In this document: positions 8,145 through 18,186 of the stretch, piece by piece
How positions within the stretch are numbered: position 1 is the stretch's first letter
Layout of the letters: every line of letters starts with the position of its first letter
Source: a virus
IMG/VR virus record: IMGVR_UViG_3300037467_002824
Location: 1 to 64,000 of that record
Reading direction: 5' to 3' (one strand)
DNA: 64,000 bases
The notes under the pieces: model-generated
Database searches by the model: none
Seen by the model: only the letters and a program-made list of their open reading frames with translations
Told to the model about the DNA's origin: nothing
Program-made: the position numbers and the translations under genes

Positions 8145-10967
8145 ATGGCACGTCCTATCGTCCTCGTCTTCCAGGAGCTGGCGAACACGTCGATCACCCC
8201 CGTGACGCCGGACCTGCAGACGATCATCGTCGGGCCCGCGTACGTGATCAACGATTACCCGGACGACGCTGCGAACATCCTGCTGAGCGACGCATACGGT
8301 ACCGCTGATGGTGCTGCGAAGACGGCAGGTTCCGCAGTGGCGTACCAGCCGCCCGCTTCCGGTGTGACGACCATCGACGTCACTTCGTACCCGAACAACG
8401 CTGCGGGCGCGATCGTCGACCACGACAGCGTTCAGCTCTGGCTGAAGCTTCCCCGCGTCATCATGGGTTCGACGTACCTCGCTGGAGGTATTGCTCCGGC
8501 GATTGGCGCAGCGATCACCACGTCGAACGGCGCGCCGGACGACCTGAACAAGATCACCTTTGCGATCGGCCAGGACCTCGCTGCCACCTACGGCATCCAG
8601 GCCGGCGACATCATCATGCTCACCGACTCGGCGGGCAACACACTGAAGCGCACCGTTCTGTCGGTCGGTGAAGGCGGAACCACGGTCAACGCACTCCGCG
8701 TGACGCAGAACCTCCCGGCTTCGGGGTGGACCTTCGACAACGCCGGCGGCGCTCGTATCGAGCGTCAGCTTGTGACCCAACAGGTCTCGGACCCGAGCGG
8801 CACGATCCTCGTCTTCCCGGAAGCGACTTCGAACGAACTGCTCATCAAGGGCGGCATTCAGCTCGGAGTGACTGTGGCCGGCGTGACGGTACAGCGCACC
8901 GTGGCGTACGCGCAGTGCTACCTCGCCTACCGCGCGCTCCGTCAGGACCTCCAGCAGGTCGACAGCTGCAACGCGACCGAGATCGTTACGAAGGTCGGCA
9001 AGATCGACGCGCGCAACCCGCTCGCGGTCGGCCTCTTCTGCGCTCTTCAGAATTCGGGCTCGGTCCGGATCAACTTCTACGGCGTGTCGTCGAACGACGC
9101 ACTCGGTCACGCGAAGTTCCGTGACGCGGTCAGCTCGCGCAAGGACCTCTACACGATCGTCCCCCTGACGACCGACACGAGCACGCTGCTCGCCTACAAG
9201 ATCGACAACGAGACGCTCGCCGATCCGACGATCGCGAGCGACACGGGAGTCGTTCAGAAATTCCGTATGCTGCTCGGATCGGGCACGCTTCCGACGGATT
9301 CGACCGTGGCAGCAGGTTCGCCCCAGGCAACGCCGCAGCAGTCGGGCGCCAGCTCGACCAAGCATCGCACGATCAACGTTCTCTCGCCGGGCGGCGCGAA
9401 TCTCTCCGCGCTCGTTCCGGGCGACCTGGTGACGATCGGCCTCGTTCCCTCGGGTGGTACGTGGGCAGGCCGCCGCGGCACGCACTACGTGTCGCACCTG
9501 AACACGACGACGCAGTTCGAACTCGTTCCGACCAACGCGGCCTGGAACGACGCGGGTGACGACATCGGCCTCACGGGCGGCGGAAACCCGGGCGCCGAAA
9601 TCGTCGTGACTGACGCGTCGGGCCTGGCGGTCAAGTACAGCAAGCTCGCCTCGCTGTCGCGCACCGTCGGCGGTTCGACCATCGTCATCACGCACCGTAA
9701 CCCGGTTGTCTCGGGCGGTCCTTACCAGGTCGAGTACGTCGCCGGCGCGGCCCTGGCCGTGACGGTCTCGGGCTTCAACATCACGGTCACCTTCGTCAAC
9801 GCGACGACGACTTTCACGCAGGTGAAGGCCGCAATCGAAGCAGCGGCGGATGCGAACGCAGTGGTGACGGTCTCTCTGACCGGTGGCGGAGACCTCGTGA
9901 CGGCAGCGGCCCTGACGCCTCTCGCGCTCACCGGTGCGACGTCGGCGATCGGCACGGCCGTCAACGACAACTACTACGACATCCTTCAGGATGACACCGC
10001 AACGTTCCTCTCGTCGGGCGTGCTCCCGGGCGATCTCATCGAGATCCCGGCGAACCCGAACGACTACTCGAACAGCGCATTCGACGGAGCCTTCACCTCG
10101 TACGTCGTGACGAGCGTGATCAGCGAAAACCGCCTGAAGCTGACCCCCGCTTCGGACGACACAGCATCGGTTGCGACCGAAATCCCGCACGGCTACAGCC
10201 GCTCGGGTTCGGGCCTGATCGATGTGACGACTCCGACCGCGATCCGCTACCGCGTGCAGCGCGTTCTCAATAAGGACGCGCAGGTCACGGCGCTCATCGC
10301 ATACGCGCAGAGCTTCATGTCGAAGCGTGCCGCCCTCATCTGGCCGGATCAGTGCCTCGTCGCAGGCCTCGTCGACGGGTCGCTCCCGCGCTCTTCGCCG
10401 CTCGTGGCACAGTCGGCCGGCCCGCAGCCGGGCTACTACGGTGCGTGCTGGGTGGGCGGCGCGATGGCGGGTCTGCCGGCACAGCAGGGTCTTACGAACC
10501 TCGCGTTCGCCGGTGCGACCTCGGTGATCCACTCGACCGACTACTTCACCGATCCGCAGATCTCCAAGCTCTCGGATGGTGGATGGCTGGTACTGCAGCA
10601 GGACAACCCGATCGCGGCTCCGTACTGCGTCCACCAGCTGACGACCAACCCGTCGGCCGTGGAAACGGGCGAGATCTCGGTGGTGAAGGACCTCGACTTC
10701 ATCAGCGTGTACCTCGCAGGCATCCTGAACAGCTTCATCGGCCGGTACAACGTCACCGAGGACACCCTCTCGGAGATCAACCGGGCGGTGGTGCAGGGGA
10801 TGGAAAACCTCAAGCTCCGCAAGGTCGCGCGCATCGGACCGCCCCTCATCGAGGGCAAGGTCACGTCGCTCGCGGTCTCGTCGGTCAGCTCGGACCGCGT
10901 CGAGATCTACCTCGATCTCAAGATCCCGCGCCCGCTCAACCGCATCGGCCTCCACCTGGTGATCTGA
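8145..10967 (+). CDS. Tail sheath-like large structural protein
   Basis: 940 aa with a GGAG RBS. It is followed by tube-like and spike genes. The C-terminal ~90 aa (DFISVYLAGILNSFIGRYNV...DRVEIYLDLKIPRPLNRIGLHLVI) resemble the conserved sheath C-terminal domain. There are central Ala/Gly/Thr-rich insertions. The call rests on position and weak motifs only. Confidence 0.5.
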   Translation: MARPIVLVFQELANTSITPVTPDLQTIIVGPAYVINDYPDDAANILLSDAYGTADGAAKTAGSAVAYQPPASGVTTIDVTSYPNNAAGAIVDHDSVQLWLKLPRVIMGSTYLAGGIAPAIGAAITTSNGAPDDLNKITFAIGQDLAATYGIQAGDIIMLTDSAGNTLKRTVLSVGEGGTTVNALRVTQNLPASGWTFDNAGGARIERQLVTQQVSDPSGTILVFPEATSNELLIKGGIQLGVTVAGVTVQRTVAYAQCYLAYRALRQDLQQVDSCNATEIVTKVGKIDARNPLAVGLFCALQNSGSVRINFYGVSSNDALGHAKFRDAVSSRKDLYTIVPLTTDTSTLLAYKIDNETLADPTIASDTGVVQKFRMLLGSGTLPTDSTVAAGSPQATPQQSGASSTKHRTINVLSPGGANLSALVPGDLVTIGLVPSGGTWAGRRGTHYVSHLNTTTQFELVPTNAAWNDAGDDIGLTGGGNPGAEIVVTDASGLAVKYSKLASLSRTVGGSTIVITHRNPVVSGGPYQVEYVAGAALAVTVSGFNITVTFVNATTTFTQVKAAIEAAADANAVVTVSLTGGGDLVTAAALTPLALTGATSAIGTAVNDNYYDILQDDTATFLSSGVLPGDLIEIPANPNDYSNSAFDGAFTSYVVTSVISENRLKLTPASDDTASVATEIPHGYSRSGSGLIDVTTPTAIRYRVQRVLNKDAQVTALIAYAQSFMSKRAALIWPDQCLVAGLVDGSLPRSSPLVAQSAGPQPGYYGACWVGGAMAGLPAQQGLTNLAFAGATSVIHSTDYFTDPQISKLSDGGWLVLQQDNPIAAPYCVHQLTTNPSAVETGEISVVKDLDFISVYLAGILNSFIGRYNVTEDTLSEINRAVVQGMENLKLRKVARIGPPLIEGKVTSLAVSSVSSDRVEIYLDLKIPRPLNRIGLHLVI

Positions 10968-11536
10968 TGGAGCAGGCTTCGCTCGAAAAACTGGCCCGGT
11001 TTCAGGCTGCAATCCCGTATCTCTCCGAGAACGAGATCGCGGCCCGCTGGGCGGGTTTTTCCGACGGCGAGAAGGTGGCCTTCACGGCCGTCCTTCAAGC
11101 GGCGAAGCCTGTCCTCAGTCGGATCGGCGGGGCGATGGCCTCCGGTGCGAAGGCAATGGGCAGCGCTATGGGCGGCATGTTCGGCCGAGGGGCTGCCCAA
11201 GCAGCAACCACGGCAGCCAAGCCGGGTCTCCTGTCACGCGGCATCGACGCGATCGGTACCGGCATGACCGTCGCCGGCGCGGGCAGCGCCGCCTGGGGGG
11301 CCATGAACCCTTCCCAGCCGAAGACGGCCTCGCTCACCAAGCGCGCGCTGGCCATGGGTCTTCACGACGCTCTCGATCTGGGGGCCTACGGCCTTCTTGC
11401 GGCGGGCCCGGTCGCCGAAATCGCCAAGCCCGAATGGGCTGAACACAATCACCGACAACTCGCCGCGGCCGACGTACTCGGCCTCGGAATTCTTGCTCGC
11501 CACCACATTCCGGGTTTGAAGCCCGCAGGTCACTAA
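10967..11536 (+). CDS. Gly/Ala/Met-rich protein with hydrophobic C-half
   Basis: 189 aa from ATG 10967 (TGATG overlap with the upstream stop). GGAMASGAKAMGSAMGGMFGRG. Track ORF 10352.. is an out-of-frame extension inside the upstream gene. Confidence 0.45.
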   Translation: MEQASLEKLARFQAAIPYLSENEIAARWAGFSDGEKVAFTAVLQAAKPVLSRIGGAMASGAKAMGSAMGGMFGRGAAQAATTAAKPGLLSRGIDAIGTGMTVAGAGSAAWGAMNPSQPKTASLTKRALAMGLHDALDLGAYGLLAAGPVAEIAKPEWAEHNHRQLAAADVLGLGILARHHIPGLKPAGH

Positions 11537-11551
11537 GATTTCGGAGACGCC

Positions 11552-12331
11552 ATGACGTACCCCATCGGTGTAACCAAGGGCCTTGCAACCTGGAACTTCC
11601 AGCAGCACCACGTGGAGCGGCTGCAGGATAACGCTTCCTACGACGCCGCTCACCCGGACGACACCCTGCTGCTCGCCGGTCCGGCGCGCGCGGGATCGGC
11701 CAACGCCACTTCGAACACTGGCGGCCGGACGCTTCTCGCGCTCGGCATGTTCCAGTCGTTCAACTGGACGACAACCGCCCCGGTGCAGCCGATGATGGCC
11801 ATCGGATCGGGCCGTTCGTTCTATCTCCGCGGAAAGTCGCAGACGCAGTGGCAGATCACGCGCGTCATGCTGAACGGCCGCAACCTGCTCCGCGCGCTCT
11901 ACCACAGCGCCGTGGAAGCGGGCGTGGACGTCAGCCAGTTCGACGACCCCGCTGCATTCAGCACGAACGACGCGTTCTACACGAACCTCGACTCCGAACT
12001 GTACTACGTGCCGTTCGGCCTCGCGATGATCATGCGCTCCAAGGCGCACTCGCTCATCGCCTCGATGTACTTCGAGCTGTGCTGCATCGGTACCTGGGGC
12101 GCCGGCGTCCAGGCCGGCCAGGCTCTGATCGTCGAGTCGGTGTCGGGTCTCTGCGACCGCGTCAACCGCTTCGCGCCGTCGGACGAAGGCCGCCGCAACG
12201 GCGTGCCGCGCTCGACGATCGACTCGATCCTTGGCCTCGGCCCGACCACCCCGCCGCCGTCGGTCCGTGATTCGGTCGACACGTTCGACGACAGCGACAT
12301 CGCGGTCGCGGACGTCGCGTCCATCACGTAG
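11552..12331 (+). CDS. Tail tube-like protein (positional call)
   Basis: 259 aa with a GGAGACG RBS, lying between the sheath-like and spike genes. Beta-rich. A diverged paralogue lies at 42498..43286 (shared WNF, YDAAHPDD, L.GPA, NGR.L.RAL). Confidence 0.4.
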   Translation: MTYPIGVTKGLATWNFQQHHVERLQDNASYDAAHPDDTLLLAGPARAGSANATSNTGGRTLLALGMFQSFNWTTTAPVQPMMAIGSGRSFYLRGKSQTQWQITRVMLNGRNLLRALYHSAVEAGVDVSQFDDPAAFSTNDAFYTNLDSELYYVPFGLAMIMRSKAHSLIASMYFELCCIGTWGAGVQAGQALIVESVSGLCDRVNRFAPSDEGRRNGVPRSTIDSILGLGPTTPPPSVRDSVDTFDDSDIAVADVASIT

Positions 12332-12345
12332 TAATCTTGGGGAGC

Positions 12346-13881
12346 ATGTCTCCCCCACCTCCCGCCCGAAACGGCCGGTTCTCCGGCCGCCCCGCCAACC
12401 TCGGACCCGAGGCCACTGGCGACCCTCTCTCCCCCGATTCTCAAAACGTCCGGCGAGGTTCCACCTGGAACGAGCCGCCGCGCGCCATCCGCGAACGCGG
12501 CCGGATCACCTCCGTAGACGCCAATCGGCGAGCGTACCGGGTCATGACCCTGGGCGGGCGGAGTCTGACCTGCCTGCGTATCCAGGAATCTCCCCAGGAC
12601 CACGCGATGCTGCCGATCGGCACCGACGTGCGGATCGACTGGAGCCTGGGTCTCCCGTACATCGACGGAGTCCTTCCGTCCGAAGGTGACGTTCCGGATT
12701 CGACCCAGAATCCGGTCGACAACCCGACCGGCACCGAGGGTTTCGGGGTGAATGACCCGGTTCTCGACCGTAACTACGGCGCCAACGGCCGCGCGCCAGG
12801 CGCCCCGACTGACGTCCTCCCGGGAGACTTCGTCCGACGCAGCCCGGACGGAGCGACCGTCGCAGCAATGTCAGGGAAAACCGCTCTTCTTCACGGCGGG
12901 CACCTCGCCCAGCTCCTTCTCTTCGGCAACGAAGACAAGGCAGAGCTGATCGCAGGGATCTTCCGGCTGATCACCTGGATGGGCGAATCGAAGATCACCA
13001 ACGAAGGTGGCCGGACCTCCTTCATCTGGAGGGGCGGCGCCAACCAGCTGTCCGAAACGGGTTCAGATGAAGAACGCTACACGATCCACCTGGATGTGGG
13101 AGCAACGGGTAACCTGGTTAACTTCCGCATCACTACGATCGACCAGCAGACCCTTTTCCAGGCGCACATCACGGGCGAAGGCCACGTAGAGATCTTCGGG
13201 ATCGCGGGGCTGGACTCGACCTTCACGAATCGATCAGGCTCCGGCCACGTCCAGCGTTTCGACGGCGATGTCTCTCGTACATTCCAGGGTGCGGTGACGG
13301 AGACTGTGACTGGAAATCGTTCGACCACAGTCGAATCCGACGCGACCGAGGAATTTTCGAACAACCTGTCGCAACGGGTCGGGAACGACTGGAACGTCCG
13401 AGCCAACCGGAACGCTGAACTCAGCGCCGGTGGCGGCATGTCCCGTCGCGTCGTGGGCGACGACAACAAGCAGGTCGGCGGCAAAGAACTGAAGACGATT
13501 CAAGGCGATGCCGAAGACACCATCCGAGGGCACAAGCACTCGTATGCCGACGGCGTCAACGAGGTCAAGTCGGTCAACGACAAGGTCATGGTGACCTGTC
13601 AGAACGGCAATTTCGAGTGTGATGCCGGCGGCAACCTCGCGCGTTTCACCTGCCAAGCTATGGAAGTTGCTGGGAATACGAACAACGCGGTCCTCTACAA
13701 CGAACTGAACCAGATCCTCAGCGAGTTCATCTCGAACTACGTCGGTCACACTCATCAAGTCTCTACAGCAGGTTCTGCGACCGCTCAGACCGGTCTCGCA
13801 AGCCCGCCTATCGATTCCACTTCTGGTCTCAGCGCACGTCTTCCTCAGATGCAGTCCCAGAAATTGAAGTTGGGCGGCTGA
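12346..13881 (+). CDS. Baseplate central spike, gpV/gp5/VgrG-like
   Basis: 511 aa from ATG 12346 (GGGGAG RBS; track start 12337 is TTG). OB-fold pattern GRITSVDANRRAYRV..LPIGTDVRIDWSLGLPYIDGVLP, a beta-helix-like middle, and a C-terminal HxH apex motif NYVGHTHQVS. Confidence 0.55.
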   Translation: MSPPPPARNGRFSGRPANLGPEATGDPLSPDSQNVRRGSTWNEPPRAIRERGRITSVDANRRAYRVMTLGGRSLTCLRIQESPQDHAMLPIGTDVRIDWSLGLPYIDGVLPSEGDVPDSTQNPVDNPTGTEGFGVNDPVLDRNYGANGRAPGAPTDVLPGDFVRRSPDGATVAAMSGKTALLHGGHLAQLLLFGNEDKAELIAGIFRLITWMGESKITNEGGRTSFIWRGGANQLSETGSDEERYTIHLDVGATGNLVNFRITTIDQQTLFQAHITGEGHVEIFGIAGLDSTFTNRSGSGHVQRFDGDVSRTFQGAVTETVTGNRSTTVESDATEEFSNNLSQRVGNDWNVRANRNAELSAGGGMSRRVVGDDNKQVGGKELKTIQGDAEDTIRGHKHSYADGVNEVKSVNDKVMVTCQNGNFECDAGGNLARFTCQAMEVAGNTNNAVLYNELNQILSEFISNYVGHTHQVSTAGSATAQTGLASPPIDSTSGLSARLPQMQSQKLKLGG

Positions 13882-13935
13882 GCTGCGCTTCTATACTTCT
13901 GACGCATCCCGGGCGGGTGCAAGGAGACTTCGAAC

Positions 13936-15111
13936 ATGTACATGCGAGTTACGGTTACAGCTCTCGCGCCGTTCGCGCTCAACGACTACCTCGGCCTCGA
14001 AGCCCAGGACATCGGACGCGACCAGCCCTTCGTGAGCCAGTCGTTCAACGCCGGCGATGTGAAGACGTTCGACGTCTCGGAGAGCCAGTGGGCGCGCCTG
14101 CGCGCGGTTCTCGACAAGCTGTCGTACAAGATGTTCGGAGTGGTCGATGCGACGACCGGTCTCGCGACCGGCCAGTACCGCAACGTACTGACCTACTCCG
14201 CGGAGCCCATCCCGGGCAATCGCGCGCGCTTCCTTCAGGTGAAGGGCGCGGTTTCGCTCGCCTCGGCGACGAACACCCTCACCCTGAACGGTGAGAACCT
14301 GATCCGCGGCTACGCCGCGTCGGGCTCGATGGGCATCGGCACGGCGAAGCTCTCGTTCGCAGCGCAGCGCAAGGGCCCGGAAGCGAACGCCATCACCGTG
14401 GTGGTGCAAGCTGCGAGCGGCGCGGGCAGCGTGACCACGACGCAGACGGCCGACCTCAACGGCGTGAAGACGACCATCACGGTCGTTCCGGCTGCAGCAG
14501 GTCCGGGTGCAAACGCAATCGCGGCGCAGATCAACGCCGACTCGCTCGCGAACTTCTTCGTGCAGGCCACGGGCGGCGGCACCGGCACCGTCACCGCAGC
14601 CTCGGTTACCCTCTCGGGTGGCGAAGGCGCGGGCGTGGCATACGCCTACTACGTGAACAGCTCGGGCCAGCGCCTCACGGTGCAGGCTCGCAAGCCGGGT
14701 TGCAGCGGGAACCTCATCTCGCTCAAGATCCTCGCAGCTTCGGGTGCCGGATCGGTCGCGGTGACGGGCAACGACATCGTCGTGACGCCGGCAGCGGCGA
14801 GCGACACGGTCACCGCAGTGGTGGCACAGATCAACGCGGACACGGCGGCGAAGGCTCTCGTCGTGGCTTCGGGTGTCGGCGCGGCATCGACGGGCGTCAT
14901 CGCTCAGAACTGGCTGCACGGCGGCGCCGGCGAGGACGCAGTCCTCAAGGTCGGAAGCTACGTGGCAAAGATCACGACCTACACCGACTCGCAGGTCGTG
15001 GCGACGGTCGATGGCACGGCGCTCGCCGGCTACGCGGCTGGCGATTACGCCGTGGTCAACCTCCTGGTGGGCTTCTCGATCGTCGGTGCCCAGCAGCTGA
15101 TCAGCGCCTGA
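13936..15111 (+). CDS. Tail-associated protein with two Ala/Gly/Thr-rich modules
   Basis: 391 aa with an AAGGAG RBS. Contains two copies of a ~90-aa module (..GPEANAITVVVQAASGAGSV..AIAAQINADSLANFFVQATGGGTG..LSGG and ..GNLISLKILAASGAGSV..AVVAQINADTAAKALVVASGVG..LHGG) that is also present in three other ORFs. Confidence 0.5.
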   Translation: MYMRVTVTALAPFALNDYLGLEAQDIGRDQPFVSQSFNAGDVKTFDVSESQWARLRAVLDKLSYKMFGVVDATTGLATGQYRNVLTYSAEPIPGNRARFLQVKGAVSLASATNTLTLNGENLIRGYAASGSMGIGTAKLSFAAQRKGPEANAITVVVQAASGAGSVTTTQTADLNGVKTTITVVPAAAGPGANAIAAQINADSLANFFVQATGGGTGTVTAASVTLSGGEGAGVAYAYYVNSSGQRLTVQARKPGCSGNLISLKILAASGAGSVAVTGNDIVVTPAAASDTVTAVVAQINADTAAKALVVASGVGAASTGVIAQNWLHGGAGEDAVLKVGSYVAKITTYTDSQVVATVDGTALAGYAAGDYAVVNLLVGFSIVGAQQLISA

Positions 15112-15118
15112 TCAGCGC
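15097..15118. repeat. Tandem duplication of CTGATCAGCGC at a convergent gene junction
   Basis: CTGATCAGCGC occurs at 15097-15107 and again at 15108-15118. The two convergent stop codons are the halves of TGATCA (15109-15114). Confidence 0.8.
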
Positions 15119-15831
15119 AACCTTCCTCCGAGGCCCGAATTCTTCTTTCGGGCCTTAGCCTCCAGCTCCTTTTCCTCGTTCGGCGTCGGCGGCGTCGTAT
15201 TGACCATCTCGGCCACCTCTTCGGTGGTGGGTTCGGGCGGCACGATGACCGTCGGCATCGACGATTCCGCGCGCGCGAGCTTCATCAGCTCGGTCTCCTC
15301 TTCCGCACCCGGCGCCGTCAGCTGTCGCTCCATCGAGATGGTGGAGAGGCCGTCGGACAAGGGCACTTCGGTCGCGACGAGCGTTTCGATGCGTTGTGCC
15401 GCCGTCGTTCCGAGTTCTTCCGGCGTCGGTGCGCCCGGAGCGTCGGTCGAAGCCGACTGCGATTCCTCGGTGAGGAAGGCTTCGCCGTCTTCGCCCTTGG
15501 GGAGGTTCACCGCCTTGGCGCGCTGCTCGTTCGTGAGCTGTGCGAGATGACGCGCGGTTCCGACGATCGTCGGACCTCCCGCGGCCGGCCGATCACCCGC
15601 ACCCGGCGGAACGATCAGCTTCACACGGAGATCGAGTTCGTCCATGTCGTTCAGCGGTTCGAACCGTTCGATGAACAGCTCGCCGTAGCCCTGCACATGA
15701 CCGATCTCGAATCGGATCTTCCTGCGTTCGGTGCCCGGACCGACATCGAATTCCAGCCGCTGGCCGTCTTCGACCATCTCCAGAACCACATGGACCATGT
15801 CCATCTGATGCGACTCGCTTGCCTTACCCAT
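15112..15831 (-). CDS. Hypothetical acidic protein
   Basis: 239 aa from ATG 15831 (the track ORF extends to 16107 through a poor-looking region). Beta-rich N-domain (VHVVLEMVEDGQRLEFDVGPG..FEIGHVQGYGELFIERF) and an acidic Pro/Thr/Glu-rich tail. Confidence 0.45.
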   Translation of the reverse strand: MGKASESHQMDMVHVVLEMVEDGQRLEFDVGPGTERRKIRFEIGHVQGYGELFIERFEPLNDMDELDLRVKLIVPPGAGDRPAAGGPTIVGTARHLAQLTNEQRAKAVNLPKGEDGEAFLTEESQSASTDAPGAPTPEELGTTAAQRIETLVATEVPLSDGLSTISMERQLTAPGAEEETELMKLARAESSMPTVIVPPEPTTEEVAEMVNTTPPTPNEEKELEAKARKKNSGLGGRLR

Positions 15832-16060
15832 TGCTGTACCTCGTAGTAGACTCGTGGAATGTCCCAATGGACACAGAAGCCGACTATACTGCAGCTCGCA
15901 CAGGATGTCCCGATGACGTTGCTGCGTCTTCAACGTCTCGTCCTTCTCCAACGGCTGGTGCGTCTGAAGAAGCAGCTGGAGATGGAAGGCGTGGACACCT
16001 CGAAGATGTTCGGACCGGAACAGGCTGAAGAGCTTCGTAAGCTCTTCAACGGAGGCCGCC

Positions 16061-17809
16061 GTGGGTAATTGGCAGGCATTGGAAGTCACGCCGCCCCCGG
16101 GCGTCACTCAGTTGGGACAACTCCTTTCCACCGGGCTGAACACCTTCACGACCGCCCTTCAGTCGTTGAAAGTCACGCTGCAAACGACGCAGGCGCAAGC
16201 CGTAGATCCTGCCTCGACTCAACAGCAGGCAATCAACCAGGCCATCCAGGCCGCTGTGCAAGAGATCAAGACGTTGATCGATCAGCTCGTTCTCTCGACG
16301 GGCTGCTACGTTCTCGTGATCCCGGTTCCGAAGAAGTCGCTCGTCGATCCGCGTACCGTCACCGACGAACAGGACCGTAACCTGGTTAATCCGACCTACT
16401 TCCCGGTAGGCCCATTTCTTCAGCAGTTGCCGGCGGCTCAGCGCGCGCGACTCTACGACCGCATCGACTTTGCTCATCTCTTCGACCCCCGGGCTGGGAA
16501 CGTCGGCGGAAACGCGTACCTGATCAAGACGCTCGCGGAGTCGCTCTACGACGCCGGTGATCTTCAGCGTCCTCGTTGGCGCGGATCGATGTACTGGGCC
16601 ACATGTGAGCTGATCGTCGGCTCGCCCGACTACACGCAGATCGCGAACATGTTGCTCTTCATCGACAACCTGTTCAGCGGGGCGACCGCACGCAGTCAGA
16701 ACACGAGCCGCAGCCAGACCACGCTCGTTCCCACTTCCATGTCAGCGACAGTCGCCTACCCCGAATCTTCGGCGAACCCCGCCGTGATCCTCACGTGGCC
16801 GTCTCTCCCGGTCGGGCGGATTCTGTCGGCCTTCGAATCAGCAACGCTCACGCCGGTCCGCATGGCCGTGATTCGCTCGGAAGACTTCCGTGCACGCAAC
16901 GCTCTTCGTGTGAGCGACCTCTTCTCAGGAAACCTCACGCAGGGGACGACCGGTCAATACGGCGCACAGGTGATCTTCGAAGGAGACTTCGACGGCATCA
17001 CGAATCGGTTTGTGGACACCGGCCCGTTCGAAGACGGTCACGATTACTACTACCACGTGGCCTTTCAAACGCGGCTCTCCGTGCCGGGCTCGCAGCCGGT
17101 ATTGAACGACTACGCGGCGCTCTCACCCGCAGTCTCGCTCCACTACACGGTGCGCCAGCAGGCTCCGCTCACGCCGAGCGTACCGCCCGATTGGATGCGC
17201 ACCCCGTCGATCGTAGAACTCATCCCGCCCCTCGCGGACTTTCTCACTCGTGTGAAGGTCTACCTCGATAGCTTCGCCGCCGGTTCGCAGACATTCACCA
17301 ATCACCAACAGGCGTACGTCGAGTTCATCGACAAACAGATCGCGAAGTACACCCAGCAGGCGCAGACGATCGCCAACAACGTAGAGCGCTTGATTCAGAT
17401 CTTCAGCGCGCCGACCGGCGGCGGTGCCTACGTGCGTTTCGGCAATGGCCAGGGGCCGGTCGGGGACTTCATCGCGGACTTCGTCGAAGCGATCACGAAT
17501 CAGCAAGACGAAAACCGCCCGCCCTTCGACGACGGCACGGAGTTCACCGCCGGTATCGTGTTCCTCGCCGCAAGTCCGGACCCCGCGCAAGCCGCGTTGT
17601 CTCTCGGCTTTCTCCAAGCCCTTCTCAGTTCGGCCGCCGAACTGACGCCGGCGCAGACTGCCATCGCGCAGATCAACCAGACCGTCGCTCAGGCGGAGCA
17701 GGCCGCGCTCGACGCCCTTCTCGGGCCGACGGTTACGCCCTCGACCACTTTCGCGCTCGACGGCACGCCTCTTCCGCCCGGAACGCCCGACCCGAACTGC
17801 GCAACCTGA
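16061..17809 (+). CDS. Hypothetical tail/baseplate-region protein
   Basis: 582 aa. GTG start 5 nt after GGAGG. Gln-rich helical N-terminus. No diagnostic motif. Confidence 0.55.
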   Translation: MGNWQALEVTPPPGVTQLGQLLSTGLNTFTTALQSLKVTLQTTQAQAVDPASTQQQAINQAIQAAVQEIKTLIDQLVLSTGCYVLVIPVPKKSLVDPRTVTDEQDRNLVNPTYFPVGPFLQQLPAAQRARLYDRIDFAHLFDPRAGNVGGNAYLIKTLAESLYDAGDLQRPRWRGSMYWATCELIVGSPDYTQIANMLLFIDNLFSGATARSQNTSRSQTTLVPTSMSATVAYPESSANPAVILTWPSLPVGRILSAFESATLTPVRMAVIRSEDFRARNALRVSDLFSGNLTQGTTGQYGAQVIFEGDFDGITNRFVDTGPFEDGHDYYYHVAFQTRLSVPGSQPVLNDYAALSPAVSLHYTVRQQAPLTPSVPPDWMRTPSIVELIPPLADFLTRVKVYLDSFAAGSQTFTNHQQAYVEFIDKQIAKYTQQAQTIANNVERLIQIFSAPTGGGAYVRFGNGQGPVGDFIADFVEAITNQQDENRPPFDDGTEFTAGIVFLAASPDPAQAALSLGFLQALLSSAAELTPAQTAIAQINQTVAQAEQAALDALLGPTVTPSTTFALDGTPLPPGTPDPNCAT

Positions 17810-17832
17810 TCGATCTGCGCTAGAATCGAGGC

Positions 17833-18186
17833 ATGCCGAACTACGATTTCGCCTGCCCGAACGGTCACGAAGACTTCGAGGTCCGTTGCTCCATCGCAGC
17901 CAAGGACTCGGAACTGCACCGGTGTCCCGAGTGCAGAGAGCCCGGCCATCAAGTCATCACCCAGGCACCCGTCCTCTGCACTACTATTGTTCCGATGTAT
18001 CCGGGCTCGAAGGCCGTCTCTGCCGGCTTTCAGCACTCGCACGGACCTCGGCCCGCTACCAAGCTGGTCTCCGGTCCGGGCGGGATGTCGCGACCGAGGG
18101 AAGTCGATTCCAAGGTCGCCGAGATGTACCGGCCCGATCCGAAAACGTCGGTGAAAGAAGCTCTCAAGAATGCCGGCAAACCTTGA
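17833..18186 (+). CDS. FmdB-type zinc-ribbon protein
   Basis: 117 aa. MPNYDFACPNGH..HRCPECRE matches the MP.Y.Y.C..C...CP.CG zinc-ribbon family opening. TAGAAT box 6 nt upstream of the ATG. Confidence 0.55.
   Translation: MPNYDFACPNGHEDFEVRCSIAAKDSELHRCPECREPGHQVITQAPVLCTTIVPMYPGSKAVSAGFQHSHGPRPATKLVSGPGGMSRPREVDSKVAEMYRPDPKTSVKEALKNAGKP

Noticed and set aside
10352-10966. Upstream part of track ORF 10352..11536
   Set aside because: It is out of frame inside the sheath-like gene and Arg/Pro-rich. The real start is ATG 10967, overlapping the upstream stop.
7548-11012. 1154-aa minus-strand ORF, the longest in the window
   Set aside because: It lies antisense to the 940-aa sheath-like gene. 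It is extremely Arg/Asp/Val-rich with no start context. This is the typical stop-free antisense frame of GC-rich coding DNA.
11234-14919. Long minus-strand ORFs 11234..12358, 12004..12603 and 13891..14919
   Set aside because: They lie antisense to the tube-like, spike and module-protein genes. They have Arg-rich junk composition and no RBS or coupling.
15859-16068. 69-aa plus-strand ORF in the divergent region upstream of 16061..17809
   Set aside because: There is no RBS, and the Leu/Gln/Arg-rich composition is weak. The region may simply be a 230-nt divergent promoter region (a TATACT box lies at 15885-15890).
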